A stretch of DNA of 64,000 nucleotides from Antedon mediterranea. Its lineage: Eukaryota; Animalia; Echinodermata. The notes beneath the pieces are model-generated. The model was not told the origin of the DNA. It made no database searches and worked only from the letters and a program-made list of their open reading frames with translations. Of this stretch, positions 12,471 to 24,400 are shown in pieces. A program made the position numbers and the translations under genes. Numbering within the stretch: the stretch's first letter is position 1; each line of letters starts with the position of its first letter. The stretch covers positions 11,899,812-11,963,811 of the forward strand of contig NC_092675.1 in the NCBI RefSeq assembly GCF_964355755.1. Reading direction: 5' to 3'.

Positions 12471-13454
12471 CTATCTGTTTGTTTGTCTGTTTGTTTGTTT
12501 GTTTGTTCGTTATACAAAATTTTGTTACTGCACATAATCTTACATATGGGGTATCAAAATGACCGCAATTGTACCGGGAATGTTCTAAGCTATATTTCAA
12601 CATCATCCGCCACCTAGGATCCAAGTTAGGGACCGAAATGTGGTCAAAACCCCCACTTTCGATGTTTGTTCGTTATACAAATTTCTGTTTCTGCACGTAA
12701 CCATGCGTATGGGGTATCAAAATGATGGCAATTGTACCCGGAAGGTTTTAAACTACATTAAAAAATCGGGGTTGTAGGCTATCGAATTGTAAATTATACT
12801 ACAAAAGTTTTACAGTATTTCAATTATCCTAAGGAAAGTGTTTGGGGAAATATAGATATAGAACATATTTCAATCATTAATTAATTAATATGACACCTAT
12901 TCATTTACACATTTAGCAAAGTACTTTAACCATATCCAGCTATGTATCGGTCTCTTTACTTGGATTGTCTCAGATTGTTACAGACATCCATTCCTGTGTG
13001 AACATATACACGTTATTTACTGTTACTGTGTTCTACTACCAAACACATCATCATCTAGGATCCAAGTTAGGGGCCAAAATTACCCACTTTCATTGTTTCA
13101 TTATAAAAATTTCTGTTTCTGCAATGTAACCATACATTATGGGGTAGCAAAATGATCGCAATTGTACCGGGAAGGTTTTAAACTACATTTCAAAAGTACG
13201 GGATTTGGTGGGGAGATGGGGTGTGGGAGTTGGGGTTCAGAAGATAGTGGGGATTGCTTAGGCTAGGGGTAGTAGGCTATTAATTGACCAGAATTGTGGT
13301 TGGAAAATTGTTGTTTTTAAAGAAAAAGAGTGTGGGGTGTTATTGAAGAGGGGTGGGGGTGGTTATTATAGGGAGGTATTGGCGTCGGGTGTTATGTACT
13401 GAGAAGGCTTTAAACTAATTTTAAAACCCGCCCTGGGGCGGGTATAATTGCTAG
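12470..13454 (+). mobile_element. Non-autonomous Helitron-type element with internal repeats
   Basis: A (GTTT)n tract lies near the 5' end, followed by three copies of ggggtatcaaaatgatcgcaattgtaccgggaa-like units. The 3' end has the hairpin CCCGCC-ctgg-GGCGGG (13427-13442) followed by CTAG (13451-13454) and T. Confidence 0.7.
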
Positions 13455-13689
13455 TTCTTAATAATGCGCTGCTCTCACAGCATTTTATTTGGTCCAATAA
13501 AACATATCGGAAATTTAAAGAACGAATAAATAAGAACATTATACACACTGTACAAAATTACACATAAACGTTATACACAATAAATGAAATTACTTAAACG
13601 GAACCAAATTATCTAGTAACGGTGTTGTTGAAAACTGTAATTGACTTAGAAAACGCTTTACCATAGAGATCACAGTTTTTTTTCACGGA

Positions 13690-14190
13690 TAACATTTTAG
13701 TCACATTGTATATGCAAACATTGAGAAATGGGGCCCAAGGTCAAATGTTGTACTTCCGGTCACTTTTTCGTAAAATGTTTCATTATAGTAAATATAAATA
13801 TTAGTCGCATTTTAGTCGCATTATGTATGCAAACATTGATAAATGGGGTTGAGGGTCAATTGTTGTATTTCTGGTCATTTTTTCGTAAAATGTTTCATTA
13901 GAGCAAATATAAATATGTACATTCCGAACAAGTTATTGAAAAAATCAACTCTCTAGCCTTAGTTGTTTTCGATATATAGGAACCTGTAATTTCACCCCCT
14001 AATTTGCATATTTCATATAACTTAGAAATTAGAAACCTTTATCATTTGAGGGCAAAACAAAGTCTCTACAGACATTTTAGTTTCATCATATATGCAATAT
14101 TGAGAAATGGGGTCGATGGTCAAATGTCATACTTCCGTCCAATTTTTTGTAAAATGTTTTATTGGAGCAAATAGAAATATGTACATTCTG
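13690..14190. repeat. Three degenerate ~120-bp internal repeats of an unclassified repeat element
   Basis: cattttagt...atgcaaacattgagaaatgggg...ggtcaaatgt...aaaatgtttcatta recurs at ~13693, ~13808 and ~14072. Confidence 0.65.
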
Positions 14191-14222
14191 AATAAGGAGT
14201 GTAGTCTTAGATGTAGTCTTAA

Positions 14223-14553
14223 CACTTTGACTGCCAAACACGAAGATCTTCGTTTTTGGAAACACAACGCTTGACTGCCAAACATCTTGAATATCTCGAC
14301 TTTCTTGCGCGAAACTACGAAAAACTCAAAAAGTGGGTTACTTTCATTTTACTATTACGATTTACATATTGCGATTTGAAAATCGTTCTTGGTACCATTG
14401 TAAAGCTAAAATCTTTATGATTAGTTTAGTCTAAATTACATGTAAATCAGATCACATACATAGTTTCAATCAGCTTTAATAAAAACATCGAATTGGGCTA
14501 TAAACGCTGGCGGTGGCAGTTTCTAACTGGAAAAACCTCTGGCAGTCAAAGTG
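14223..14553. mobile_element. piggyBac-like MITE
   Basis: Perfect 14-bp TIRs CACTTTGACTGCCA / TGGCAGTCAAAGTG, flanked by TTAA on both sides (14219-14222, 14554-14557). Confidence 0.85.
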
Positions 14554-15622
14554 TTAAATGTAGTTAGATCTTTTGTCCCCGATTTTTAATAATTCCGCAT
14601 CTCGTACGTTATAGCCTATACTCATTATTAAACTCATATTTTAATAATTAAAATACGGTACCTTAGTTTGTCGTGTTATTTTTATCTTTTGTGGTTAACC
14701 ACCACCTAGTTTCTCGTCGTGTTCTTAATTCTGTTAATTATTGTAAGAAAGTTAAGTTGCATTTTAAAAATAATTTTAATTTTAATTTTTGTATTGACCA
14801 CGGTATTTGTGACAGTGTGAAATTATATATAGCATTTACAGATTATTATTGTCATTTTAAATATGTTTACATTTTATATTGATTTGTACAAGACTGCTTT
14901 TCTTTCTGGAGGTTTTATGAAATAAATAAATACAAATAAATATAATGTACCTCTCGGCACTATACTTCCATTTATGGATTTGTGTATACTGCATTGTACT
15001 ATATGAACTACCGGTAGTATTTCTGTAACTTTTAGGTGAAAACTTCATAAAATATGTCAGACTGTGATCAAAATTGTGACAACCAAAAACATAGTCAGGA
15101 TTAAAAATATTATTCAATTCTGATTTTATTCAATAACCGATTTACATCGTATTATATTTTATAAATAATTAATAATTGGCATATAGCATTAAAACATAAA
15201 TTGAAGCATGTCTAACCGTCAATCACTATGATAGTGAATGACATGCGCCCGGGAGACTTTTAAATAACCAAACAAGTCGGCACACTATGTTGGATTTAAA
15301 TCGAAACATTTGAACAAAATTAATGTTTACAAAAAGTCCACTTCAAGTGAAAACAAATACAATAAAATTGTTACAAAATTCAGCGAATCAAATGGCAAGG
15401 ATAAACAAGATGTGTTAAATAATAATAATAATGTGTTAATAATAATTATAATTAGTAATAACAATTTTATTAATTACACATTTAAATTGTATATTACCTA
15501 TTAGTATTTATATTGCCATAGCTCTAATAAGTTAACATATAAAATAAATCTACACACATGGCCTGCATATCTGCATAAAATATTTGTATTAAACATTTGG
15601 AATGCTCCGAATAATCATTACA

Positions 15623-16407
15623 TTACATACAACCACATTCATCTATTATCATATCATTCATCGTCATTTCTGAGACAACAGGAGTTCCAGTAGGGTTTGT
15701 GACATCAGACAGGTAAATTACTTTTAAGGGTCGTAGGACTGATGGTACACAGCATTGGTTAACCAGCAGACTATTAGTTTGCCTGTTATACCCCATCAGT
15801 GCAAGTGTACTGTTGTATATGGCATCGTTACTGTCATCACAATGGCCTCTGCAGTAGTTTACAGTAAACGAATCTGGTTGGACAATCCAATGGCCCCATC
15901 CAATGTCATTGAAAGAAACCGTAAGAGATTGGACGCAGCATTGTTGTCTAGAATCACCGGAGCAGGTCAATGCGTTTCTGGAAACTCTCTTCTTGACCAG
16001 TTGACTTCCAGAAATAATTAACATTGGTCGCTCGTCTTCAATAATCCCTATTGCGCTGGTAGGAACGTCAATATGAACGGTATATTCAAGTGTTTCCGTA
16101 ATACTTTCTAATGAATCGTTGAGTTGACGTACCCATTGACGCATTAGATCAGTGAGTTTTACTGATACCCAATCGCCTGATGTAGGAAGATATGATCCGT
16201 CAACGTAATAAAATGTACCATCAATATCCATAGAAACTCGAATATTGGAGACGCCTGGGAGAGCATCTGGTTTTATGAAGATCCAGGCGTATGTCTGTCC
16301 TAATTCACTGTAGCTGCGCAATGTACTTCTTTTTATATTGAAAGTTAAACTTGATGATGATGCGCCAATTATTAAATCAGAAGAAACTGAAATGGAAATT
16401 AGCATTG
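15623..16407 (-). CDS. TGF-beta ligand (activin/inhibin-beta/myostatin group), last exon: prodomain C-half and mature domain
   Basis: Furin site RVSR is followed by a 9-Cys mature domain (C..CC, W..WIVQP, YCRGHC, CCVP, CGC). The phase-compatible acceptor aattcag|CA-ATG is at 16407. Confidence 0.93.
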
Positions 16408-16694
16408 CTGAATTAGGCTACATAGAATTTAAAAGAAAACCTAATCATAAAATGTAATTATAGAAAACAGCTATCGTATCTTAAAGCTGCTTAAAAAGTG
16501 GTAAGAGCTTTTCGTAGGTTTGTTCATAGATTAGTTTATTAGGTTATGTACTGTTGTATTTCTATGGATATGGATCCCGAAATAAAAAGAAATGAAGAGA
16601 GAATGAATGGTTGTATTTGATATGGGATATTGTTTACTACAAAATAAAGCAAACTACAAAAGCGACGATCACGGCTGGCAAACAGGTAGATGAA

Positions 16695-17590
16695 CTATTC
16701 TGTTGGAAATAAATTTTGTAAACATTTAAAGATCAAAAGGATCAATGTTAAAGGATGAGAAAAATATAATGTTAACAGTAAAAAGTTAGTAAGTAATTAG
16801 TATAACAGAGAATATGCATTGTTAAATGAAAATATGTTTGCATAGATAAATAAAAAAATAAATAAAATGGGACAAACCCATGGGATGGATTTATTAAACA
16901 TAAACGTATTATAATTGTATGAAATAAATATGCATGTAGATGAAAAAAACAACAAAAACAAATATTAAGCTTTGTTAATGAAATGTGTTATAGATAATAT
17001 GTATAAAAAGAGGAAACTATGTAATCAATGTGGTTAAATGATAATGTATGTATAAACAAAATAATATATGGAAAAATAAAAAAAAATAAATTAAAAAAAA
17101 AAGTGGAATGAATCCACATAAGAGAAGAAAGTAAAAAAAAGTTAAATGAAAATTTAAGGAATTATAGATGCAAAAAAAGGATAATCTGTTGGAAATAAAA
17201 GTTTTGTAAACATTAAAGAACAAAAATATTAATATTAATGTTAAAGGATGGGAACAATATTATGTTAACAGTAAACATTTAAGTAATGTAATATGCATTG
17301 TTAAATGAAAATATGGTAGATGAAAAAAACAAAAACAACTATGTAAGAAAAAAATAAGCTTGTTAATGAAAATGTGTTACAGATAATATGTATAAAAAAA
17401 GGAAGCTATGTAATCAATGTGATAATATGTAAACAAATAAATAAAACTCTTTAAATAAGTATATGTAAACAGATGCTTAAACAAACATTGTTAATATAAT
17501 GATATGTATAGTGTATAGTGAAAAAATATATGTAAAGAGAACAGTTGGAAATAAAAGTGGGATGAACCCACATAAGATAAAAAAAAACTA
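16695..17590. repeat. Degenerate ~490-bp intronic tandem duplication
   Basis: ctgttggaaataaa..ttttgtaaacatt...aatgttaaaggatg...atgttaacagtaaa...tatgcattgttaaatgaaaatatg is present at ~16700 and ~17186. Confidence 0.7.
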
Positions 17591-18254
17591 TTACAAGCAC
17601 ATTTCGACAAATAAGGTATGAACAAAAACCTACATAAACTGGCAGAACATTATGTATATATAATTAAATTAGGTGTTTTAAACAAATAAAATTTCAAATT
17701 CCTTTTGTGCAACAAAAGAAACATTGTTGAATTGACAAAAACAATAAAAACTACAAAAAAATAATAATATAATAAAAATATAAAAAAATGATATGCAAAA
17801 AATGAATTAAATATTTATAAAATAATCTTATTCTTTAAAATTATATACAGTATTCAATAATGTTTTATTTGTAGTTTCTCTAATTTACTTTTTCTACTGA
17901 AAATGGTTTTTAAAACATAATTTGGCAAAATGTTATTTTATGCTTTTCTGTTAATAGTAGTACACAATTACATTTAACATTGTATTATATATCTGCTTTA
18001 CAGCATTTCATACCTTTTGATGTTAAAATGTTAACTTTTATGAATGTCTGTACATCACATGCAATTCAGTCTTCGCCATTGCAAATTTTAATTCAAAAAT
18101 GAAAAATGAAAGAATATTATATCTGGAATCCCTTCCTGTAGCTGGGCTTTCAAATATTACCACATGAATGTAATTTATGATAACAGACAATAACATTATA
18201 ACAATAGAACACGGGTTTTATTTAACTTGTTTTAATCAAGCATTTTGTACTTAC

Positions 18255-18678
18255 TTTTGTTCGCCAAAATAGTAGCCCTTTCTATTGTCTTGCTGTCGGT
18301 TTTGGGGTGGTCTTCTGCGATATCCTCACACGTAGATGTCATAAATTTACTCAGTTGTGATTTTGGGAAATCATGTGGCAGTTTACTAACATTTGGTGGT
18401 TCTTTTAGATTCATTTTCTGTAGTAAATTCATTTTAAAAAGTTCAATGCGAAGCAGCACTGCCTCCTCTTTCGACAACAGTTTTCCTTCGGTTTCTTTTA
18501 CACACTTGGTACATTTTTCCTCTTGAAATGTTTGTTGGTTAAACTCTTCGTAGTCAATGGAACTTTGTATTTGTAGAGATGCTAAACTGGATGTTGTTGG
18601 TAAAGCAGAAAGCTTGCATAGCGTAAAGGAAACTAATGCAACTATCAGGCATACTCGGGGGTTAAGAATAGCAACCAT
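18255..18678 (-). CDS. TGF-beta ligand, exon 1: signal peptide and prodomain N-half
   Basis: Signal peptide, CTKC and RIELFKMNLLQKMNLKEPPNVS (activin/myostatin prodomain helix). The GTAAGT donor at 18254-18249 is phase 1, giving ~402 aa if spliced directly to 16407. Confidence 0.9.
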
Positions 18679-18734
18679 GGTACCACCTTAGCAGAATTGC
18701 CAAATAAAAAGGACCGTTTCAGATCTGCACATGC

Positions 18735-18881
18735 TTATTTATACAGTTTTTTAGTCAACGTTTGCAACATGATTAATTAACAAATTACATTTTAATATTC
18801 CGGAAGTTGTGACTTTCTCAGGATAATCATATAATGACGTCATTTTGATATCAATTAAGTTCAAATATATATTTGACGTCA
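18735..18881 (-). promoter_or_regulatory. Proximal promoter of the TGF-beta gene: TATA, ETS-type site and two full CRE palindromes
   Basis: TATAAATAA on the minus strand at 18743-18735 (~57 bp before the ATG), CCGGAAGT at 18800-18807, and TGACGTCA at 18835-18842 and 18874-18881. Confidence 0.6.
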
Positions 18882-19323
18882 GTTTCACAGTAACCTTAAA
18901 ACTACTCAGGACATCAACATGGTATGGAACGTTTTGCTGCTATGCCTGCAGCTAAAACCAATGACCTAGACGTTGCCGAAAGCAGACCTATCACTACAAC
19001 TGATATTTTGCGAGATTACCCCTTTTTTGCCAGCAGCAGTTTAGACCTACCTACCGGAAGTTTCCTACCTTATAATCGAAAACAAAATACAGGTATTGCA
19101 AGGAAAAATTACATTTGTATATTGTTAGGTACGGTGGCCCACAACTGTCACGCACACTATAACACAGAATCACACAATTAAAGAACGAATTACACAATTA
19201 AAGAAGGAATCACTGCGCTGTCCGTTTGAGGAGTTTTATTGATCGTAGCGCCCTCTGGGGTCAAGTAAGGTTAGCTCTACCGCAACTTTCTTTTTAACAC
19301 ATCTTTGAAAGATGTATCTTTAA

Positions 19324-20240
19324 AGCTCCAGTCCCACGATCGGGTTTTTTCTTCCGTCTTCCAAAGGGACTTGTATTGATTGATAGGACGTCAGGAGAAG
19401 AGTGTTGCAATCCCACAGTGATTTCTTCACTTGGTCACTAATGACCTACTTTTTGAATAGAATGTCATAAGCTTGCAATTTAGGGACAATCTTTGTATAT
19501 TGTAGGTATTCAAGGATTGACCTTGTCAACCATTGTGTAAATACTTTCTCTGCTCTCTGCTTTGCTATTCTATTTATCATTTAGAATTCAATTGTGATAT
19601 TGTATATTCTTAATACAAAATCGAAATGGATTTAGTGTTACTTTCGAAAGTTTTGATCATTTTGTATATGGTAAGAGAACTAAATAAACGCAAGCAGAAG
19701 AAAAAAACGATTGCAAAAGAAACGCAGTGTGTGGGTGAAACAACCATGGATACAGCGGCGAAAATCCCATGGAGCATACCATGATTTAATAAAGGAACTG
19801 GACGTAGAAGACATAGAAAAATATAATAATTTTATCTATAATTATATATAAATATATAATATATTATGACTTTTAATAACACTTTATAATCTTTGTATTC
19901 CATTCAACTCCTAACTAAAGTTATTTCAGGTATCTATAATCAAAATATATATAGTGAACTATATTATATCTCTCTGCTACAATATTCAGATGTTGATCCC
20001 TACCAAGCCAAATTCCTGCCCATCTGATTGGCTATTGGTGTAAAAAACTGGTGTCAGTTTCGTTAATAATAGGACATGCACTAAAACTTATAAGTCACTA
20101 TTTTCTCTCTTTTATACACAAGGGAGCAGTTAAAATAATAGATTTGACCCTAAAGGTGACTTGAAACAGGCACTTTCCATCAATCAATACAGTGTCCCTT
20201 TGGAAGACGGAAGAAAAAACCCGATCGTGGGACTGGAGCT
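19324..20240. mobile_element. Kolobok-like MITE (one per array unit)
   Basis: ~60-bp TIRs AGCTCCAGTCCCACGATCGGGTTTTTTCTTCCGTCTTCCAAAGGGAC..., flanked by TTAA on the left and TTAG on the right. Confidence 0.75.
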
Positions 20241-20944
20241 TTAGATGCAAAGTTACCTGTGTTTATCACCGTTTTTATGTTTTCTGGTGAGTTTCGGAAC
20301 CTATATATAGTAGTTATGTTTTTACCTTAGAATCTGATAGTTGTTATTTTGTTAGTTGTTACTTATTATATTGGAAGAATTTTATGGATCTTTGGTCCAA
20401 CATGTTACCACAAGGATGACAAGGTGTGGCTCGTCGTTGTTTCGAGCTTCCCGTTAACGAAGAATGTACACCTATGTTAACGTTGTATGCCATATGTTAG
20501 CACTGTATGCCGTATGTTAAGCCTAAAATACAACTAGCGTTTATCCATATATATTTTAAGCACTAGAAGGTTATAATTTAATCGTATAATTTTCTTAGTT
20601 TCTGGTCATTTATAGCTTCTGCTAAAGGACCTCCACTCGCCGATTTTTCTTAGTAATGAATATTTATGAGTTAGTTTAGAGATTGAGGACGGTGTTTACC
20701 AACGTTATTATTTAGTGATAATATGTTTCTTTTTAGACATTTTAAAGTTATCCAAGTGATTTGCTTCCCGAAGCTTCCTCAGATTGAATCCGTATTATGT
20801 TGAGTCATACTCTGTAAGTTTATTTGTAATAATCAGTTATTATGTTTACATTCGATTGTTCATAGGTTTTGATGTAACTGAAGTGTGTTATGCGTAACGC
20901 TAAACTTTATTGTAAGAAATTGAAGTTTGCAAACGGTCCAATTA

Positions 20945-21455
20945 CAATCACACAATTAAAGAAGAAATCGCACAATTAAAGAAGAAATCGCATATAAACA
21001 AAAGAAAGCATGAAAATATAAAACGAAATGCACAAATAAAGAAGAAACGCGCAATTATCGAAAGCTCCTCGCACAATTAAAGAAGTCCGCAACAAATTCG
21101 AAAGCCCCTCGCACAATTAAAGAAATCCGCAACAAATTCGACAGCTCCCGTCGCGCACAATTAAAGAAGTCCGCAACAAATTCGAAAGTACCTCGCACAA
21201 TTAAAGTACAGTAGTCCGTATGGAACGCCATCGCTGCCTCCGGCAGCAAACTTTAATTCTATTCGGCTCTTTTACCATTACGTTCGGCTCTTTTAGCATT
21301 CGGCGCATTTCTATTCGGCCCATTTACCATTACGTTCGGCTCTTTCAGCATTCGGCGCATTTCTATTCGGCCCATTTACCATTACGTTCGGCTCTTTCAG
21401 CATTCGGCTCTTTTTTATTCGGCCCATTTACCATTATATTACGTTCGGCTCTTTC
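20945..21455. repeat. Two adjacent minisatellites (cacaattaaagaa... and ttcggc... units), likely DNA-transposon subterminal repeats; one set per array unit
   Basis: gcacaattaaagaa units at 20950-21205 (also 19172-19205) and ttcggc(t/c/g) units at 21260-21450. Confidence 0.75.
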
Positions 21456-24400
21456 TAGTAGGCCTGTTAAGTGAACCAATCCTTCAAACATTCTGAAACT
21501 TTGCACAGTTATTCATTAGGGTGTCAGAAATATGAAATGGAAGGATTGCACAAAATTTGGTCAGGGGAAAGTCGCCATTTTGGATTTCAAAATGGCGGAA
21601 CCCAAATTTTCACTTTTCAGGTATATCTCTGCTAAAAAGGCACCTAGAGTTCTGATTTTAGGTGCAAATTATATGGTAATGGGGTCACCAAACATATTGG
21701 TTTAACTAAAATTTTGATTGCATGGTGGCCATTTTGGATTTCAAAATGGCGGTTCCCAAATTTTCACTTTTCAGGTATATCTCTGCTAAAAAGGTACACA
21801 GAGTTCTGATGTTATAATAGCGAATGCAAAACGGAGCTGATAATGTCGCCATGAAGAGAATGATTGGTGTCTTCCAATATAGCATGGAATACATCGGCAA
21901 GCCGTTCGCTGTAGAACGAGTCAAGCATTTGCATAGACAAACCAATTACTTTCCACACTCTACCCAGCACCTTCTCAATTCAGTCTTTATCCCCCTTACA
22001 TTCCCTTACTGATATTCCTAGCCCAATATACAATATGCCCAAATAGAACATCACTGATTAGTAAAACATAAACATTCTATAGTACAAATATCCTGCTTTA
22101 CCCCAAACCGAGTTTCCTTAAGCAGTACGATCAACATGTCCACCCATTTTAAGCTTTAGTCAAACACTACTGCCAGATACTTATAATTGTTAACAATCTC
22201 TACTTCCTTTACTTTAATTAATGTATACTGTCAGACCAATTATTTTTTCGAAAATCAATCCTTATTTATTTCGTTTTATTTATGTTTAGTTCAAGAAAAT
22301 AATAAATATGATTTATCTACCGATAGGATTGAGCCGATTAGAATGCATTTGCCAATTCTTATATTTCGGGGGCTACGGGGGAATCTACCCCCCTCGTCGG
22401 GGAGCCTAGCCAGCACCCCCCCCCCCCCGTCGGGGAACACGGGTACTTTTTGTCGGGGAATATAATATACAGTAAAAAACGTTCGCGTTCACTTGGTATC
22501 TTCAGCGCCTAGAAAACCGCGACGTTTCATTGACCGTGAGAGTACGTCAGAGTGCTATTATGCAATTTATATGCATTCATTATTGCCAGCGATCTAACTT
22601 ACTATTAAACATTAGCTAGGTACGCACTTGTCTGGCGGTATCCCTTTGTACAAATCGTTCAACGTTCGGTCCAGACGCGTGATATCATGTTCCATCCAGG
22701 GACCAAAATGTGTAATGTAGTTATTTTCCAGGCGAAGTTTACCGACGGTTACGTCGTGTACTGTGTCGACGTACGCTACACTACAGCAAAAACGAATTAT
22801 GTTAATGTTCGTATGTTCACCAATTTTTTAATTTACAAGTAACCTTCTGTACCCGTGGGGCACCTAAAATAAATATTTCATCCATTACTAAACAAAAAAA
22901 AACATGCCATTTTCGCTTAGCCAAAATCTTATTATAGCAAGTTATTACATTTTCAATGTCCTGTATGTCATGAATTTCTCACCACTCGGAAGTCCAGATG
23001 GTACGCACGCATACACTTGGGAGGAATAAACTTATTTCCCCGACTGAAAAAGGTCTACGCTTGCGTTTTTTAAGCCTCTAGGCCTGATGTTTCCAAAGTA
23101 TAAAATGCAATTTTGTGAAGACCTGCAGCTCTAGTTTTAAACATTTTCTTAGCTCAGCCCCAACAATAAAGCTGGTCATATTTCGAAGTACAATAAGTGC
23201 ATTTTCCGGGACCTAATATCTCTATTTTTCAAACATTTCTTAGCTCAGTCACAACCATTATAGGGACTTATATATTTTGTTTCATGTTTTGAAGTATAAT
23301 AAGTCCAATTTCCGGGACCTCCAACTCTATTTTTCTAAATTTTCTTTGAACGTTTATTTTTTAAATTGAAAAATATGGATTGAAACAGTCATCGCGCATC
23401 GTTTTTTTGCACGCAGTATTTTATTTATGCATTATAAAAAATGGAAAAAATGGCTACCCTAAATCTGATTAAAATGACCTCAAATGACGCTAGAACGCAT
23501 TGCTTCCTGGGGATTCTCCCCCTGGACCCCCACCGGGGGCCCTTGGTGGCCCCTGGCCCCCAGCCTAGTGATGCTCGCTTCGGTCGCATAGCCCCCTCGT
23601 CGGAGAATGTAGCCCCCGCGTCGGGAAGATCCTGGCGCCACCGCCATCAATTAAGTTCAAATATATATTTGACGTCAGTTTCACAGTAACCTTAAAACTA
23701 CTCAGGACATCAACATGGTATGGAACGTTTTGCTGCTATGCCTGCAGCTAAAACCAATGACCTAGACGTTGCCGAAAGCAGACCTATCACTACAACTGAT
23801 ATTTTGCGAGATTACCCCTTTTTTGCCAGCAGCAGTTTAGACCTACCTACCGGAAGTTTCCTACCTTATAATCGAAAACAAAATACAGGTATTGCAAGGA
23901 AAAATTACATTTGTATATTGTTAGGTACGGTGGCCCACAACTGTCACGCACACTATAACACAGAATCACACAATTAAAGAACGAATTACACAATTAAAGA
24001 AGGAATCACTGCGCTGTCCGTTTGAGGAGTTTTATTGATCGTAGCGCCCTCTGGGGTCAAGTAAGGTTAGCTCTACCGCAACTTTCTTTTTAACACATCT
24101 TTGAAAGATGTATCTTTAAAGCTCCAGTCCCACGATCGGGTTTTTTCTTCCGTCTTCCAAAGGGACTTGTATTGATTGATAGGACGTCAGGAGAAGAGTG
24201 TTGCAATCCCACAGTCATTTCTTCACTTGGTCACTAATGACCTACTTTTTGAATAGAATGTCATAAGCTTGCAATTTAGGGACAATCTTTGTATATTGTA
24301 GGTATTCAAGGATTGACCTTGTCAACCATTGTGTAAATACTTTCTCTGCTCTCTGCTTTGCTATTCTATTTATCATTTAGAATTCAATTGTGATATTGTA

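Noticed and set aside
20945-21455. Short regularly spaced repeats resembling a CRISPR array
   Set aside because: The intervening sequences are themselves repeats rather than unique spacers, the context is eukaryotic, and there are no cas genes.
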